DNA from: Actinomycetota bacterium
GTDB lineage: Bacteria > Actinomycetota > Acidimicrobiia > IMCC26256 > PALSA-610
Assembly (NCBI GenBank): GCA_005773635.1
Contig: SXHN01000079.1
Span: 36,568-100,567, forward strand
Reading direction: 5' to 3'
DNA length: 64,000 nt
Positions within the stretch are counted from its first letter, which is position 1. Every line of letters begins with the position of its first letter. Positions 1 through 10,225 of this stretch are shown here, piece after piece. Under the pieces are notes generated by a model. That model did not search any database. It worked only from the letters and a program-made list of their open reading frames with translations, and was not told where the DNA came from. The position numbers were made by a program, and so were the translations under genes.

Positions 1-1277
1 GTCGCGAGTTCGCCGATGGCAAAGAGCATTCCGCCGTCGCCAACGAATGCCGCTGCCGGTCGACCGCTTGTTGCGGCTCCGATTGCCGCTGGGAACGCCC
101 AGCCGAGTGTGCCCCAACCCATCGGGTAGTGCAAACCTCGTGGTTCGGCAACGGCGTAGTGGCCAGCCATCCAATACCCGGCGATGCACATATCAGCGAA
201 TACAACTGACTTCGCTGGGAGTGCCGACTCCGTGTGTTCCAAAAACTCAATAGATTCAGCACTATTCGAATCTTGGCGGAGTTCTTCGCGAATTTCTCGT
301 CCGAGTAGCGCGAGGTGGCCAAACCATGGTTTGTTGCTTGGCAACTGGGCGACGATTTCATTTACTGCTTGGGTATCGGCCGCGATGACCTGATCGAACG
401 TGTAGTTCTTGGCAGCATCGGTCGCGTCGATGTTGATCGCCACCCGGCGAGCGGGCAGCGGCAGCCGCCAAGCCATTGTGTTCATTGCATCGAGGTCGGA
501 TCCGATAACGATTGCGCCCGTTGCGCGTGCGATGAGCGACGTCACTTGTGGTTCGTGTGCCGGTGCAGGTACTAGGTGGGGATGTCCGGCTGGGAGCACG
601 CCCCGCGCGGAAAAGGTCGTGACGACGGGTGCTCCGAGATGTCGTGCCGCGAACTCTATTTGTCGTCCTGCATCTTTTGCCCCACCACCGACAATCAATA
701 TTGGTCGGTCGCCGAGCGCAATGTCGATGCGCTCGGGGTTGTCGACCACGGGTTCCCTTCGCGGTGCGTCAGGAGTGGCCCAGGGTGCCCGCAACAAATC
801 GGTTGGAATTTCGAAGTATGTAGGTCCGTGAGGTGGTGTGAGTGCAGCGTGAATCGCTGCGTTGATCTCTCGCGTTTGTGCCTTGGTAACTGCCGTAAAC
901 ATTGATGCTTGGTCGGTGCACTCGTGCAGCACCCCTCGATATACATCGGGTGTGCGCTGAGTGCTTGGAATGTCGGTGGCGATGACGAGTATGGGGCTTT
1001 TGCTCGCCCACGCCTCGCCGACTGCTCCCAAAGTATTTGCTGCCCCCGGCCCCGTGGTCACGAGTGCTACTCCGAGTCGACCAGTACTGCGCGCGTACCC
1101 ATCTGCGGCGTATGCACATCCTTGTTCATGCCGAGATCCCACGATGCGAATACCAGCGGCTTTGAAGGCTGGCCACAGAGCCATGTTGTGCACGCCCGGC
1201 AGTCCGAACGCGACATCGACATCGACAGCGCGCAATGCGGCCGCGATCACTTGCGCGCCGGTTGCGCTCGTATCCAT
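1..1277 (-). CDS. Thiamine-pyrophosphate-dependent enzyme, acetolactate-synthase-like; C-terminus runs off the window
   Basis: Manual translation of the minus strand gives one continuous frame from ATG at 1275-1277 to the window edge: MDTSATGAQVIAAALRAVDVDVAFGLPGVHN...GDRPILIVGGGAKDAG...GDGGMLFAIGELA, with the TPP-binding GDG motif. It is missing from the ORF track because it is edge-truncated. Its ATG overlaps the TGA of the upstream ALDH gene (ATGA). Confidence 0.75.
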   Translation of the reverse strand, partial: MDTSATGAQVIAAALRAVDVDVAFGLPGVHNMALWPAFKAAGIRIVGSRHEQGCAYAADGYARSTGRLGVALVTTGPGAANTLGAVGEAWASKSPILVIATDIPSTQRTPDVYRGVLHECTDQASMFTAVTKAQTREINAAIHAALTPPHGPTYFEIPTDLLRAPWATPDAPRREPVVDNPERIDIALGDRPILIVGGGAKDAGRQIEFAARHLGAPVVTTFSARGVLPAGHPHLVPAPAHEPQVTSLIARATGAIVIGSDLDAMNTMAWRLPLPARRVAINIDATDAAKNYTFDQVIAADTQAVNEIVAQLPSNKPWFGHLALLGREIREELRQDSNSAESIEFLEHTESALPAKSVVFADMCIAGYWMAGHYAVAEPRGLHYPMGWGTLGWAFPAAIGAATSGRPAAAFVGDGGMLFAIGELA

Positions 1278-2725
1278 CACGCGATCGAATCGCGATTGTC
1301 GATTTGAGCTTTTTGTAGGCGACCGGAGTAGTCGATGTACACAGACTTCGTCTCGCTGAACTGTTCGAGCCCACGTGATCCTGCTTCGCGATATCCATTG
1401 CCAGTGAATTTGTTGCCGCCAAACGGGAGATGGATTTCGGCACCGATTGTTGGAGCATTGATGTATACGATGCCGGTGTCGAGATCGTGAAGGGCCCGCA
1501 TTGCATGGTTTACGTCGCGTGTGTAGATCGATGATGAAAGTCCGTATTCGCAGTCATTAGCAGTTTCAATCGCTTCGTCGAATGAGTCCACTTCAAGAAC
1601 TGCGAGCACCGGACCGAATACTTCGTTGCGAGTGATGAACGAGTTGCGGTGCGCGCCACTCAAGATCGTTGGCGCGTAAAACGATCCGCCGTCGCAGCCT
1701 GTTGCAGCAATTGGAGAGCCGCCAAGGAGGAGTTCGTTGCCTTCGCTCACCGCGGTTTGCACCATGTCGTGAATACGTGCAACTGAGGCTGATGTGATCA
1801 CGGGACCAACGTCGGTAGTCGCTACTAGTGGATCGCCGACCATCAACTGAGCGGCACGGCTGGTGACTCGCTGTATGAGCTCATCGATGATCGCTCGGTG
1901 TGCAACGAGACGCGATGTCGAAGTGCACCGTTGGCCCGATGTACCAAAGGCTCCGAAGATCACGCCATCGACCACGAGATCAAGATCCGCGTCGTCCATT
2001 ACGATCATCGCGTTTTTCCCACCGAGCTCCAACGACACGAGTTTCGGGCCGACTTCCATTGCGGCTGACGCAACTCGCCTGCCGGTTGCGACTGAGCCGG
2101 TAAAGGAGATCGCGCGCACACCAGGATGCACAGTGAGCGCGGCGCCTACGTCACCGAAGCCGTGCACCACGTTGATGAGCCCTTCAGGGGCGCCAGCTTC
2201 GATGCACGCGGCGACGAATTGTTCGCAGCACATGGGTGCGAACTCTGAAGGTTTGATGACGACGCCGTTTCCAGCGAGCAGCGCGGGGAAGATTTTCCAT
2301 GATGGAATCGCGACTGGGAAGTTCCAAGGCGTGATCATTCCCACGACGCCAACCGGGTGCCGCGTTGTGAACCCAAACTTCTCCGGCATCTCGCATGGGT
2401 GCACCGTGCCCCAGGCGTTGCGAGCTTGGCCTGCGACGAAATGCGCCATATCGATCGCTTCTTGCACGTCGCCGCCGGCCTCCACCAGGATTTTGCCAGC
2501 CTCTCGTGATACGAGGTTCGCCAATTCAGCCTTGCGGCGCGTGAGTACTTCGCCGATCGTGGCGATCACTTCGCCTCGCGCTGGCACGGGAAGCTTGGCC
2601 CATGACCGTTGGGCTGCCGTTGCGAACCGTACGGCTGTCTCCACATCAGTCGCGGTATGGATTGGCATTGATGCCACGATTTCAGCCGGTCGGGCCGGGT
2701 TGGTGCTGTCGAACGTCATTGCCAT
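1277..2725 (-). CDS. NAD(P)-dependent aldehyde dehydrogenase
   Basis: 482-aa ORF with ALDH hallmarks: the catalytic-Cys region GQRCTSTSRL, ELGGKNA, and the Rossmann motif FTGSVATG. Confidence 0.9.
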   Translation of the reverse strand: MAMTFDSTNPARPAEIVASMPIHTATDVETAVRFATAAQRSWAKLPVPARGEVIATIGEVLTRRKAELANLVSREAGKILVEAGGDVQEAIDMAHFVAGQARNAWGTVHPCEMPEKFGFTTRHPVGVVGMITPWNFPVAIPSWKIFPALLAGNGVVIKPSEFAPMCCEQFVAACIEAGAPEGLINVVHGFGDVGAALTVHPGVRAISFTGSVATGRRVASAAMEVGPKLVSLELGGKNAMIVMDDADLDLVVDGVIFGAFGTSGQRCTSTSRLVAHRAIIDELIQRVTSRAAQLMVGDPLVATTDVGPVITSASVARIHDMVQTAVSEGNELLLGGSPIAATGCDGGSFYAPTILSGAHRNSFITRNEVFGPVLAVLEVDSFDEAIETANDCEYGLSSSIYTRDVNHAMRALHDLDTGIVYINAPTIGAEIHLPFGGNKFTGNGYREAGSRGLEQFSETKSVYIDYSGRLQKAQIDNRDSIA

Positions 2726-2809
2726 TAGGGCCTTTGCAGTCGATTGTTTGCGGGATGTCAGGTGCGGGAATTGTTATTCCGAAGTCTGCAACAGTGTAAC
2801 GTATGTTCC

Positions 2810-3667
2810 ATGACATCGACACGATCCGTCATGGAATTGATTGCGGATGCGGCGTCGTTGCTGACCGTGTCCGAACGCAAAGTGGCCGAGGCGATCCTTG
2901 AAGACCCCAAGATTGTGGCATTCGGGACGGTGGCGCAGCTGGCGAGCCGGGCGGGGAGCAGCGGGCCGACGGTACTTCGCCTAGCAGCGAAGCTTGGTTT
3001 CGTAGGCTTCGTCGATCTTCAAGCTGCGGTGCAGGAAAATATCGCTGACCAGCTCCGACCCGCGACGCAACGAATTCGCGAGCGCCGCTCGGGGGATCTC
3101 ATTGCAAATGCTCTGCATGCCGATCTCGACAACGTGCGGCGCACCCTTGAGCAGATTGACCCGAACGACTTTGCTGAGACCGTCGAGCTAGTTGCTGATC
3201 GGCGTCACAAGGTATTCGTGATGGCGAGTGAATTGTCTGGTTCGGCCGGACGCTTGTTGGCGCAACAACTCGATTTGTTGCGAGATGGCATCGTGCTGAT
3301 TGATGGGCCAGGACCGAGCGTGAGTCGCAAACTCGTCGACGTCGAAGCTGGCGATGTTGTGCTGGTATTCGATCTGCGCCGCTACGAGCAGTGGGTGCTC
3401 GCCGCGACCGAGCGTGTTGACGAGCATGGAGCACTGGTTGTGGCGATTACCGATTCGCGTTTGTCGTCGCTCGCGCAGCACGCGCGATATGTCTTTACGA
3501 TTGCTGCGCGCGGAGCCGGGCCCTTTGATAGCGCGACCGGTGGCATGGCGTTTGTGCACGCTTTTGGTGCCGCAACCGCCGCACGTCTGCGGCGCAGCGC
3601 GACGGTGCGGCTTGATCAAATTGAAGCGAGCTGGGCGGCCGGCGGCGACCTCATCGGCGACCGGTAG
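2810..3667 (+). CDS. MurR/RpiR-family transcriptional regulator (HTH plus SIS domain)
   Basis: N-terminal HTH region (LTVSERKVAEAILEDP) followed by a SIS sugar-isomerase fold. The start was moved to the internal ATG MTSTRS; the upstream extension looks spurious. Confidence 0.75.
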   Translation: MTSTRSVMELIADAASLLTVSERKVAEAILEDPKIVAFGTVAQLASRAGSSGPTVLRLAAKLGFVGFVDLQAAVQENIADQLRPATQRIRERRSGDLIANALHADLDNVRRTLEQIDPNDFAETVELVADRRHKVFVMASELSGSAGRLLAQQLDLLRDGIVLIDGPGPSVSRKLVDVEAGDVVLVFDLRRYEQWVLAATERVDEHGALVVAITDSRLSSLAQHARYVFTIAARGAGPFDSATGGMAFVHAFGAATAARLRRSATVRLDQIEASWAAGGDLIGDR

Positions 3668-3694
3668 CGCACGTAACGACACTCCCAGCGCGAC

Positions 3695-5374
3695 TCAGCA
3701 ATTGGTGATCGCGCCGGTTTCCGCCCCTTGCGCGAGCTTCGCGTACTTCGCGAGGAAGCCTGAGGTATATAGCGGTTCGGGGATCTTCCAGTGCTTGCGG
3801 CGCTCAACGAGTGTGGCTTCATCCACCATGAGATCGATCGTGTAGTTCTCGGCGTCGATCAGGATGCGGTCGCCGTCTTCGACGAACGCGATCGGGCCAC
3901 CATCGACTGCTTCCGGGGCAACGTGACCCACGCAATACCCGTGCGTGCCTCCCGAGAAGCGACCGTCGGTAATGAGTGCTGCGTCTGCGCCGCGGCCAGC
4001 GCCTTTCATTGCGCCAGTTACCGCCAGCATCTCGCGCATGCCGGGCCCTCCCTTCGGGCCCTCGTAGCGAATCACCACGATGTCTCCGGCATTGATCTTG
4101 CCCGCGAGAATTGCTTCCATTGCGAGTGGTTCGCCGTTGAACACCCGTGCCGTGCCGTCGAAGTGCAGGTTGTCAATACCTGCCACCTTGACGACGGCGC
4201 CTTTGGGGGCCATCGTGCCGTGGAGAATCGCGATACCGCCCTGCGCGTGGATTGGCGCGTTCAGTGGATGCACCACATCGCCATCGGCGCCAGGAGGCGC
4301 GAGTGCTTCGAGGTTCTCCGCCATCGTTTTGCCGGTCACGGTCATGCAGTCGCCGTGCAGCAATCCCTCATCGAGCAGTATTTTCATGATGACGGGGATC
4401 CCGCCAATTCGGTCGACGTCGGTCATGTGATATTTGCCGTGCGGTTTGGTGTCGGCGATATGGGGGACACGCTTGCCAATCTTGTTGAAATCAGCAAGCT
4501 CGAGTTCGACGCGGGCTTCGTGCGCGATCGCCAACAGGTGCAGCACTGCGTTGGTGGAACCTCCGAGTGCCATCACCACTGCAATTGCGTTCTCGAACGC
4601 TTCCTTCGTCATGATCTGGCGAGCGCGTAAATCTCGTTCGATGAGGTTCATCACGGCACGACCCGATTCGTACGCGTAGTCGTCGCGACGACGGTCGACT
4701 GCGGGCGCGGATGCTGACCCTGGCAAACTCATACCGAGTGCTTCGCCTACCGCCGCCATCGTGTTGGCCGTGAACATTCCCGCACAGCTTCCCTCAGTGG
4801 GGCATGCACGTTTTTCGATCTCACCGAGTTCGTTGAGGCTGAGAGTTCCGGCGGCGCACGCGCCGACTGCTTCGAACACGCTCACGATATCGAGTGCTTG
4901 ATCTTTGTAGTGCCCTGGCAGAATCGAGCCGCCGTACATGAAGATGCTCGGTAGATTGAGGCGCGCCGCGGCCATCAACATTCCGGGCAGGCTTTTGTCG
5001 CATCCTGCGAACGTCACCAATGCATCGAGCCGTTCTGAATGCATGACGCATTCGACCGAGTCGGCAATGATCTCTCGACTTGCAAGGGAGCCCCGCATGC
5101 CCTCATGCCCCATCGAAATACCGTCGCTTACTGCGATTGTGACGAATTCGAGTGGGAAACCACCAGCGTCTTTGACGCCGCGTTTCGAAGCTTTCGCAAG
5201 TCGGTCGAGCGGAAGATTGCAGGGCGTCACCTCGTTCCAACTCGAAGCCACTCCAACCTGGGCCTTACCCCAGTCGTCGTCGCCCATTCCTACCGCTCGA
5301 AGCATGGCGCGGGCCGGGGCGCGTTCCATCCCGTCGGTGACTTCGTGGCTCATGGGTTTCATCGGGTTCGACAT
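3695..5374 (-). CDS. ilvD: Dihydroxy-acid dehydratase
   Basis: Near full-length similarity to IlvD, including the [27 protein letters not shown] and [10 protein letters not shown] motifs. The start is set at [15 protein letters not shown]; the longer ORF-track extension would overlap the upstream peptidase gene. Confidence 0.9.
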   Translation of the reverse strand: MSNPMKPMSHEVTDGMERAPARAMLRAVGMGDDDWGKAQVGVASSWNEVTPCNLPLDRLAKASKRGVKDAGGFPLEFVTIAVSDGISMGHEGMRGSLASREIIADSVECVMHSERLDALVTFAGCDKSLPGMLMAAARLNLPSIFMYGGSILPGHYKDQALDIVSVFEAVGACAAGTLSLNELGEIEKRACPTEGSCAGMFTANTMAAVGEALGMSLPGSASAPAVDRRRDDYAYESGRAVMNLIERDLRARQIMTKEAFENAIAVVMALGGSTNAVLHLLAIAHEARVELELADFNKIGKRVPHIADTKPHGKYHMTDVDRIGGIPVIMKILLDEGLLHGDCMTVTGKTMAENLEALAPPGADGDVVHPLNAPIHAQGGIAILHGTMAPKGAVVKVAGIDNLHFDGTARVFNGEPLAMEAILAGKINAGDIVVIRYEGPKGGPGMREMLAVTGAMKGAGRGADAALITDGRFSGGTHGYCVGHVAPEAVDGGPIAFVEDGDRILIDAENYTIDLMVDEATLVERRKHWKIPEPLYTSGFLAKYAKLAQGAETGAITNC

Positions 5375-5408
5375 GGCCGTCAAGGGTAGTAGCGGCGCTC
5401 GCTGATCT

Positions 5409-7373
5409 CTACATGAGATTGCGTGCGAAGAAATCGAGGATGATTTCTGCACGCTGTACTCGGTGTTTTGGAGCGCCGCTGCGCGACAGTTCGTGACCCT
5501 CCCCAGGGAATCGCCAGAACTCGGGGGTCTTGCCGAGCAGACGCAGTGCGACAAACAGTTCTTCGGCTTGGTCGATGGGGCAGCGAAGATCGTTCTCACT
5601 GTGGAGTATTAACATCGGAGTGTTGATATTGCGTACGTAGGTCATCGGGGAGCAACGCACGTACGCCTCGCGGGCATCGAGATGCGAAGCTCCGACTTGT
5701 TCGATGAATGATGTTGCGACGTCGGAGTTGTGCTCTTCGGTTATGAGGTTGTTCACCGAGCGTTCGCTACAAGCGGCGCGGAATCGGTCGGTGTGGCCCA
5801 CGATCCACGTTGTGAGGTAGCCGCCGTAGCTTCCGCCTTGAATTCCGAGCCGGGTGCCATCGATCCAGTCGAACCGCGCGACCGCGGTGTCGACGCATGC
5901 CATCACATCATCGAAGTCGATGCCGCCCCAACCGGTGCCAGGATCCACTTCGCATTCGGGCCACCGAACCGCTCGACCCCACGCCTCTGAATATCCAGCA
6001 GATCCCCGAGGGTTGCAATACAGCACTGCGAATCCCGTGGCGACTTGTGTTTGAAATTCGTCGAAGAGTTTGTGGGTGTATTGCGTGAACGGCCCGCCGT
6101 GGATATTGAGAATGGTGGGAAACGGACCGGTGCCGTCGGGTCGGATCGCCCAACAATCGACGACCTCGCCGTCGGTGCTGGTTGCGGTGTATGCGATTGG
6201 TATTGCTGCTTCGCTTTGGGTAGCTGTTTGAAATTGTTGCGTGATCGTCGAGCACTGCGTGTGGTTGACGAAGAGTTCAGGCAATGACGATGCATCTCCG
6301 ACGATCGTGGCGAGCACGCCTGCGCGTGAGTCGAAATCGATGACGCAACGGTCGCCGCTCACGACGTCGACTATTTCAGTTGAGCGGATATTCGCCTGAG
6401 CAAGCGCATTCGAACCGCGATTCTCGTATGCAAATAGGAGATGGTCTGGGTCTTGCCACAACAACAACCGATTGTTGCCTGGGGGCGTGCAATTGCGGTC
6501 GAGTGCGGACGTGATGGTTCGTTGTGTTTGGTCACCCAGATCGATGACGACGACGTGGTTGTGGCACGGCCCCGCGAGTGGCGTCGCGTAACGAAAAGCC
6601 GCGATGCGTTCGCTGTCGGGCGACCAAATAGGTGATGCGTACATCGAGTCGGTTGGCGTGATGACTCCGACTGCTTCAGTCGCTAGGTCAAGGACCCATA
6701 GATCGCGCAGAAGGTCGAGATCCCAAGTTGTATGACGAGCCGAAGCAAACGCGATCTTGCAGCCGTCAGGAGACCACGAGATTTCGTTCACATCGAACGG
6801 ACCAAGGGTGCGCGCTATCAGAGTGGCTCCTGGTCGTGCCGCAACGGTGAACGCGCGGGATGGGCGATCGAAGAGCCATCCTTCGCCATCGAGGCGCGAG
6901 TAGAACCGTTCGATCTTGCGGGCGGGAGTGTCCTTGGGCTCGCGCGATTCACCGGGCGCGGCGTAGTAGGCGAGGTCTGGATCTCGGGCGACGAACGCGA
7001 GCGTTGACCCATCAGGAGACCAAGCGAGCTCGGTTGGACCTTCTGGCGGCGTGCAAATTTCGGTGACTTCAAGTGTTGCTATGTCGATGAGCGCCAGCTT
7101 GGTAACAGCATCATCGTCGCCGAGCGCTCGTAAGGTGCAAGCGACGACCGTGCCGTTGGGCGACCATCGTCCGAGGCTGCAGGCGAATCCGGACGGGGAG
7201 ATTGTGGTCAGTTCGCCGGTGGCTGTCGCGCACCGACGCAACGCAGATTCGTAACGATTTTCTGCGCTGTTCATTGTGGTTTCGGCGAAGATCACCGAAG
7301 TTCCGTCGGGGCTCACTTGTACATCGGTGAGCGAAATGAGATCGGTGATGTGCTGCGCTGTGAATCCCGCCAC
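5409..7373 (-). CDS. S9-family serine peptidase (prolyl oligopeptidase / acylaminoacyl-peptidase type)
   Basis: N-terminal beta-propeller repeats (WSPDG repeats) and a C-terminal alpha/beta-hydrolase domain with the GGSYGG nucleophile elbow and His/Asp triad context. Confidence 0.85.
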   Translation of the reverse strand: MAGFTAQHITDLISLTDVQVSPDGTSVIFAETTMNSAENRYESALRRCATATGELTTISPSGFACSLGRWSPNGTVVACTLRALGDDDAVTKLALIDIATLEVTEICTPPEGPTELAWSPDGSTLAFVARDPDLAYYAAPGESREPKDTPARKIERFYSRLDGEGWLFDRPSRAFTVAARPGATLIARTLGPFDVNEISWSPDGCKIAFASARHTTWDLDLLRDLWVLDLATEAVGVITPTDSMYASPIWSPDSERIAAFRYATPLAGPCHNHVVVIDLGDQTQRTITSALDRNCTPPGNNRLLLWQDPDHLLFAYENRGSNALAQANIRSTEIVDVVSGDRCVIDFDSRAGVLATIVGDASSLPELFVNHTQCSTITQQFQTATQSEAAIPIAYTATSTDGEVVDCWAIRPDGTGPFPTILNIHGGPFTQYTHKLFDEFQTQVATGFAVLYCNPRGSAGYSEAWGRAVRWPECEVDPGTGWGGIDFDDVMACVDTAVARFDWIDGTRLGIQGGSYGGYLTTWIVGHTDRFRAACSERSVNNLITEEHNSDVATSFIEQVGASHLDAREAYVRCSPMTYVRNINTPMLILHSENDLRCPIDQAEELFVALRLLGKTPEFWRFPGEGHELSRSGAPKHRVQRAEIILDFFARNLM

Positions 7374-7431
7374 GGCGGCCGACCTTACCGGTCATTTGGG
7401 TCGGTGAGGAGGCTTTCGAGTCGAAGTGCTC

Positions 7432-9126
7432 TCAGCCGAGCGTGACGGGGATTCGCAGCAATCCAGCCTTCGGATGGCGGACGGTGACGAGAATTTCCGC
7501 GTCGGCGTCGCCCTCTACGACCCACTCTGCGACTCCGACGTCGGGTGTTTCGTCCGACGCTGCTCCTCCGAAGTCGGAAATCATGGTGGTAACCCGCGAA
7601 TGCCCTTGGAGTTGACCAAGATCGATGCGCGTAGTGCCTGATACAGCGCTGATGCCGGTGGGTGTCGAGATCGTCGCTTCCACGCCGATCGCGATTTTCT
7701 TGTCGATCGCTCGTTGCGTCACGTTGGTTGGGAGCCAGCCACAGTTTTCGATAGCGACGCGGACACGCCACGTCGTTTCGCTCAGTCGATCAACCTTCGT
7801 TTCGCGATGGCGCAACTGTGGCGCCGAGAGCGCGCAGTAGATCTGCCAGTCAGCGTGAGGTTTGACTACGGCTTCAAGAAGGTGGTCGGGTGGATTGCAC
7901 CAGAAGCGAAGCGTGTCCCAGCCGCCGATTTCGATGGCACCCAACTGAGGATGATCAAACGGGTACCAATCGACGAAACCAGTGCCGCCAAGTTCGTTGT
8001 CGCTGTACGCGAGAAGTTGGATGTCCTGTTCGATGGGGTGATCTGCGAACCAATCGACCAGGTGGTAGTCGGTGATGCCTGCGTGGGGTAGCGGGCTCCA
8101 AAATTCCGTCGTCCATCCAAACACGCCGAGGTGGTCGTAGACCCAAGTGTCGGCACCACCGGTGATGACGTCTTTGGGGTCGTAGCGAAAGTCGTTGTAC
8201 ACGCCGACGTGGCGATATCCCGTGATTTCTGCACCGCGGGCGCCGAGCGCGTTGTACATCTTGAGGTCGACCGTCGGGAATTCTGTATCTGGTCGGTCAT
8301 CGAACGGGCGCAGCAGCACTGCGCTGAAGGTGTGGTACGCGAAATAGCAACACACGTTGGTCCGGGCAATGAGGGCTTCGGCCAGCGTCCGAGTTTCGGG
8401 TTCGCTCAAGGGAAACGGTCCTGCACCAAACTGCTCGCCGTGCACGCGCCAGCCCGCCGGGAATTGACGGTTCAAATCAAGGCTTCGGCGCTCAGGAGCT
8501 GTCGCGAATTTCATGCCGTCGTAATCGCGAATGATGCCTTCGTACAAGAGGCGGTAAAACGGTCCATCGCCAATATCGTTAGGTGTTCTTGCGACCAGGA
8601 GCCTGGGATCGCGATCACTGACTTTCCATGGTCCGTTCGAATCGGGCACACGCATCGTGAGGAGGCGTCCATCGCCGTCAATATCGTGTTCGACCAACCC
8701 CGGTTGATCGTCGGTGCGTGGCCACTTGCGCACGGAACTGCGCAGGAACTGGGGTGAATCTGCAAGGACGAGTTCAGCACCATCTGGATTGACGCGGGGC
8801 ATGACGTAGAACGTGCGACTGTCGAGCGCTTTGGTGATGAGTGGATCGGTGCCGTAGCCATGCACGAGTTTGTCGATCAGGTAGAGCGCGGCGAGCGAGC
8901 CAGTGTGCTCGATCGAGTGGATATTTGCGTCAGCCCAAATCGCGGGCTTCTCACTGTGACATCCAGTATTGGTGTTCGTTACGGTTGCGAGCCAAATGTC
9001 GCGCCCTTCGTACGACTTCCCCACACTCTCTACGGTGAGCGGAGTTGGGAACTGCGCGGCGAGGGAATGCAACGCCGTTGTGAGTTCGTCGTAGCGGTAC
9101 AGATGATCAAACGAAATCACGGCCAT
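7432..9126 (-). CDS. M14-family zinc carboxypeptidase
   Basis: HSIEHTG zinc-binding HxxE motif and the RVNPDG motif typical of carboxypeptidase A/M14; 564 aa. Confidence 0.8.
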   Translation of the reverse strand: MAVISFDHLYRYDELTTALHSLAAQFPTPLTVESVGKSYEGRDIWLATVTNTNTGCHSEKPAIWADANIHSIEHTGSLAALYLIDKLVHGYGTDPLITKALDSRTFYVMPRVNPDGAELVLADSPQFLRSSVRKWPRTDDQPGLVEHDIDGDGRLLTMRVPDSNGPWKVSDRDPRLLVARTPNDIGDGPFYRLLYEGIIRDYDGMKFATAPERRSLDLNRQFPAGWRVHGEQFGAGPFPLSEPETRTLAEALIARTNVCCYFAYHTFSAVLLRPFDDRPDTEFPTVDLKMYNALGARGAEITGYRHVGVYNDFRYDPKDVITGGADTWVYDHLGVFGWTTEFWSPLPHAGITDYHLVDWFADHPIEQDIQLLAYSDNELGGTGFVDWYPFDHPQLGAIEIGGWDTLRFWCNPPDHLLEAVVKPHADWQIYCALSAPQLRHRETKVDRLSETTWRVRVAIENCGWLPTNVTQRAIDKKIAIGVEATISTPTGISAVSGTTRIDLGQLQGHSRVTTMISDFGGAASDETPDVGVAEWVVEGDADAEILVTVRHPKAGLLRIPVTLG

Positions 9127-9430
9127 GGTTGGAACCTACTTTCCGAACCTGGTGAGCGGAGGGTGGCCTGGGTGTTTTTGGATCTGCGCTCATCGACATT
9201 CCGTCTGAATGCGAGACGATGAGATGGACTGTGCGGATATACGCGTATTGTTCGGATGTGTTGCTGCCAATATCGATGACTATCGCCTGGAATCAGCGAT
9301 GCGCCGCAATGGCGTGCACGCTGAGACACAAGCCGTGAGCGTCGGTTGTCGCGCTGGAGCACAGTTGGGCGAGTTTGATATTGAGTTCGAACGGATTGCA
9401 TCGGTGGTTCCATCGTGAGTTGCCTTCGTT

Positions 9431-10213
9431 ATGCCTGAGTGCTTGGAAGCCGAAGCGACGCGCGTCGTGATCTCCGAGCACGCAGTGGGTCGCACAGTCA
9501 AGAAGGTGGAAGCACCCGACGAGTGGTTCTTGAAACGTGGTCTCACGCCCGCGCTTGTTCGTGCGGCTTTGAAGGGTGAGACATTTGTCGGGGCACGACG
9601 CGTCGGTAAACAACTCCTTGTTGATACGGAGCAACACGTACTCGGGTTGCATCTTGGAATGAGTGGGCGCGTGATCGTCGACGACGTTGCCGCCGGCGAC
9701 CCCTTGCTCTACGCCAGCAATCGCAACGCGCCCGAGTGGCGTCGTTTCGGTGTGCGCTTCGACGACGGAGGCTCGCTGTGGCTGCGCGACCCTCGCCGTC
9801 TCGGTGGAGTGGAACTCGACCCCGACGAATCGCGATGGGGCCCGGATGTGTTCACTATTACTCATAAACAGGTGCTCGCCGCGCTCGGCCGATCAACTGC
9901 ACCGCTCAAAGCCGTGTTGATGGATCAAGCGCGTATCGCGGGGCTCGGCAATCTGCTGACTGACGAAGCCCTGTGGAGAGCGAAGCTCGACCCCGCACGC
10001 CGCACGAACTCCTTGACCGCAGACGACACAGTCGTGTTGCACAAAGCGATTCGCTCGACGATTCGGATCTGCCTTAAACGCGGTGGCTCACACACCGGCG
10101 ATCTGCACGCACATCGCGAACGGGGTGGTCGATGTCCGCTTGACGGTGTTGAACTAGAACGCCGCACCGTTGGGGGACGCACCACCTATTCGTGCCCGCT
10201 ACACCAGAGGTAG
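9431..10213 (+). CDS. Fpg/Nei-family DNA glycosylase/AP lyase with a variant C-terminal metal finger
   Basis: N-terminal MPE (catalytic Pro2/Glu3), a H2TH region, and a C-terminal C-P-L-D...(17)...C-P-L-H motif in place of the canonical CxxC-x16-CxxC finger. Confidence 0.75.
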   Translation: MPECLEAEATRVVISEHAVGRTVKKVEAPDEWFLKRGLTPALVRAALKGETFVGARRVGKQLLVDTEQHVLGLHLGMSGRVIVDDVAAGDPLLYASNRNAPEWRRFGVRFDDGGSLWLRDPRRLGGVELDPDESRWGPDVFTITHKQVLAALGRSTAPLKAVLMDQARIAGLGNLLTDEALWRAKLDPARRTNSLTADDTVVLHKAIRSTIRICLKRGGSHTGDLHAHRERGGRCPLDGVELERRTVGGRTTYSCPLHQR

Positions 10214-10225
10214 TCGGATCGATCG

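Noticed and set aside
1863-2813. 316-aa plus-strand ORF
   Set aside because: Antisense to the aldehyde dehydrogenase gene; low-complexity Ala/Ser/Thr/Pro-rich translation typical of high-GC antisense frames.
3791-4630. 279-aa plus-strand ORF
   Set aside because: Antisense to ilvD; no motifs; His/Val/Asp-rich composition from the mirrored codon bias.
8131-8757. 208-aa plus-strand ORF
   Set aside because: Antisense to the M14 carboxypeptidase gene.
9209-9418. 69-aa ORF in the carboxypeptidase/fpg divergent intergenic region
   Set aside because: No RBS or similarity; it lies in a probable promoter region.
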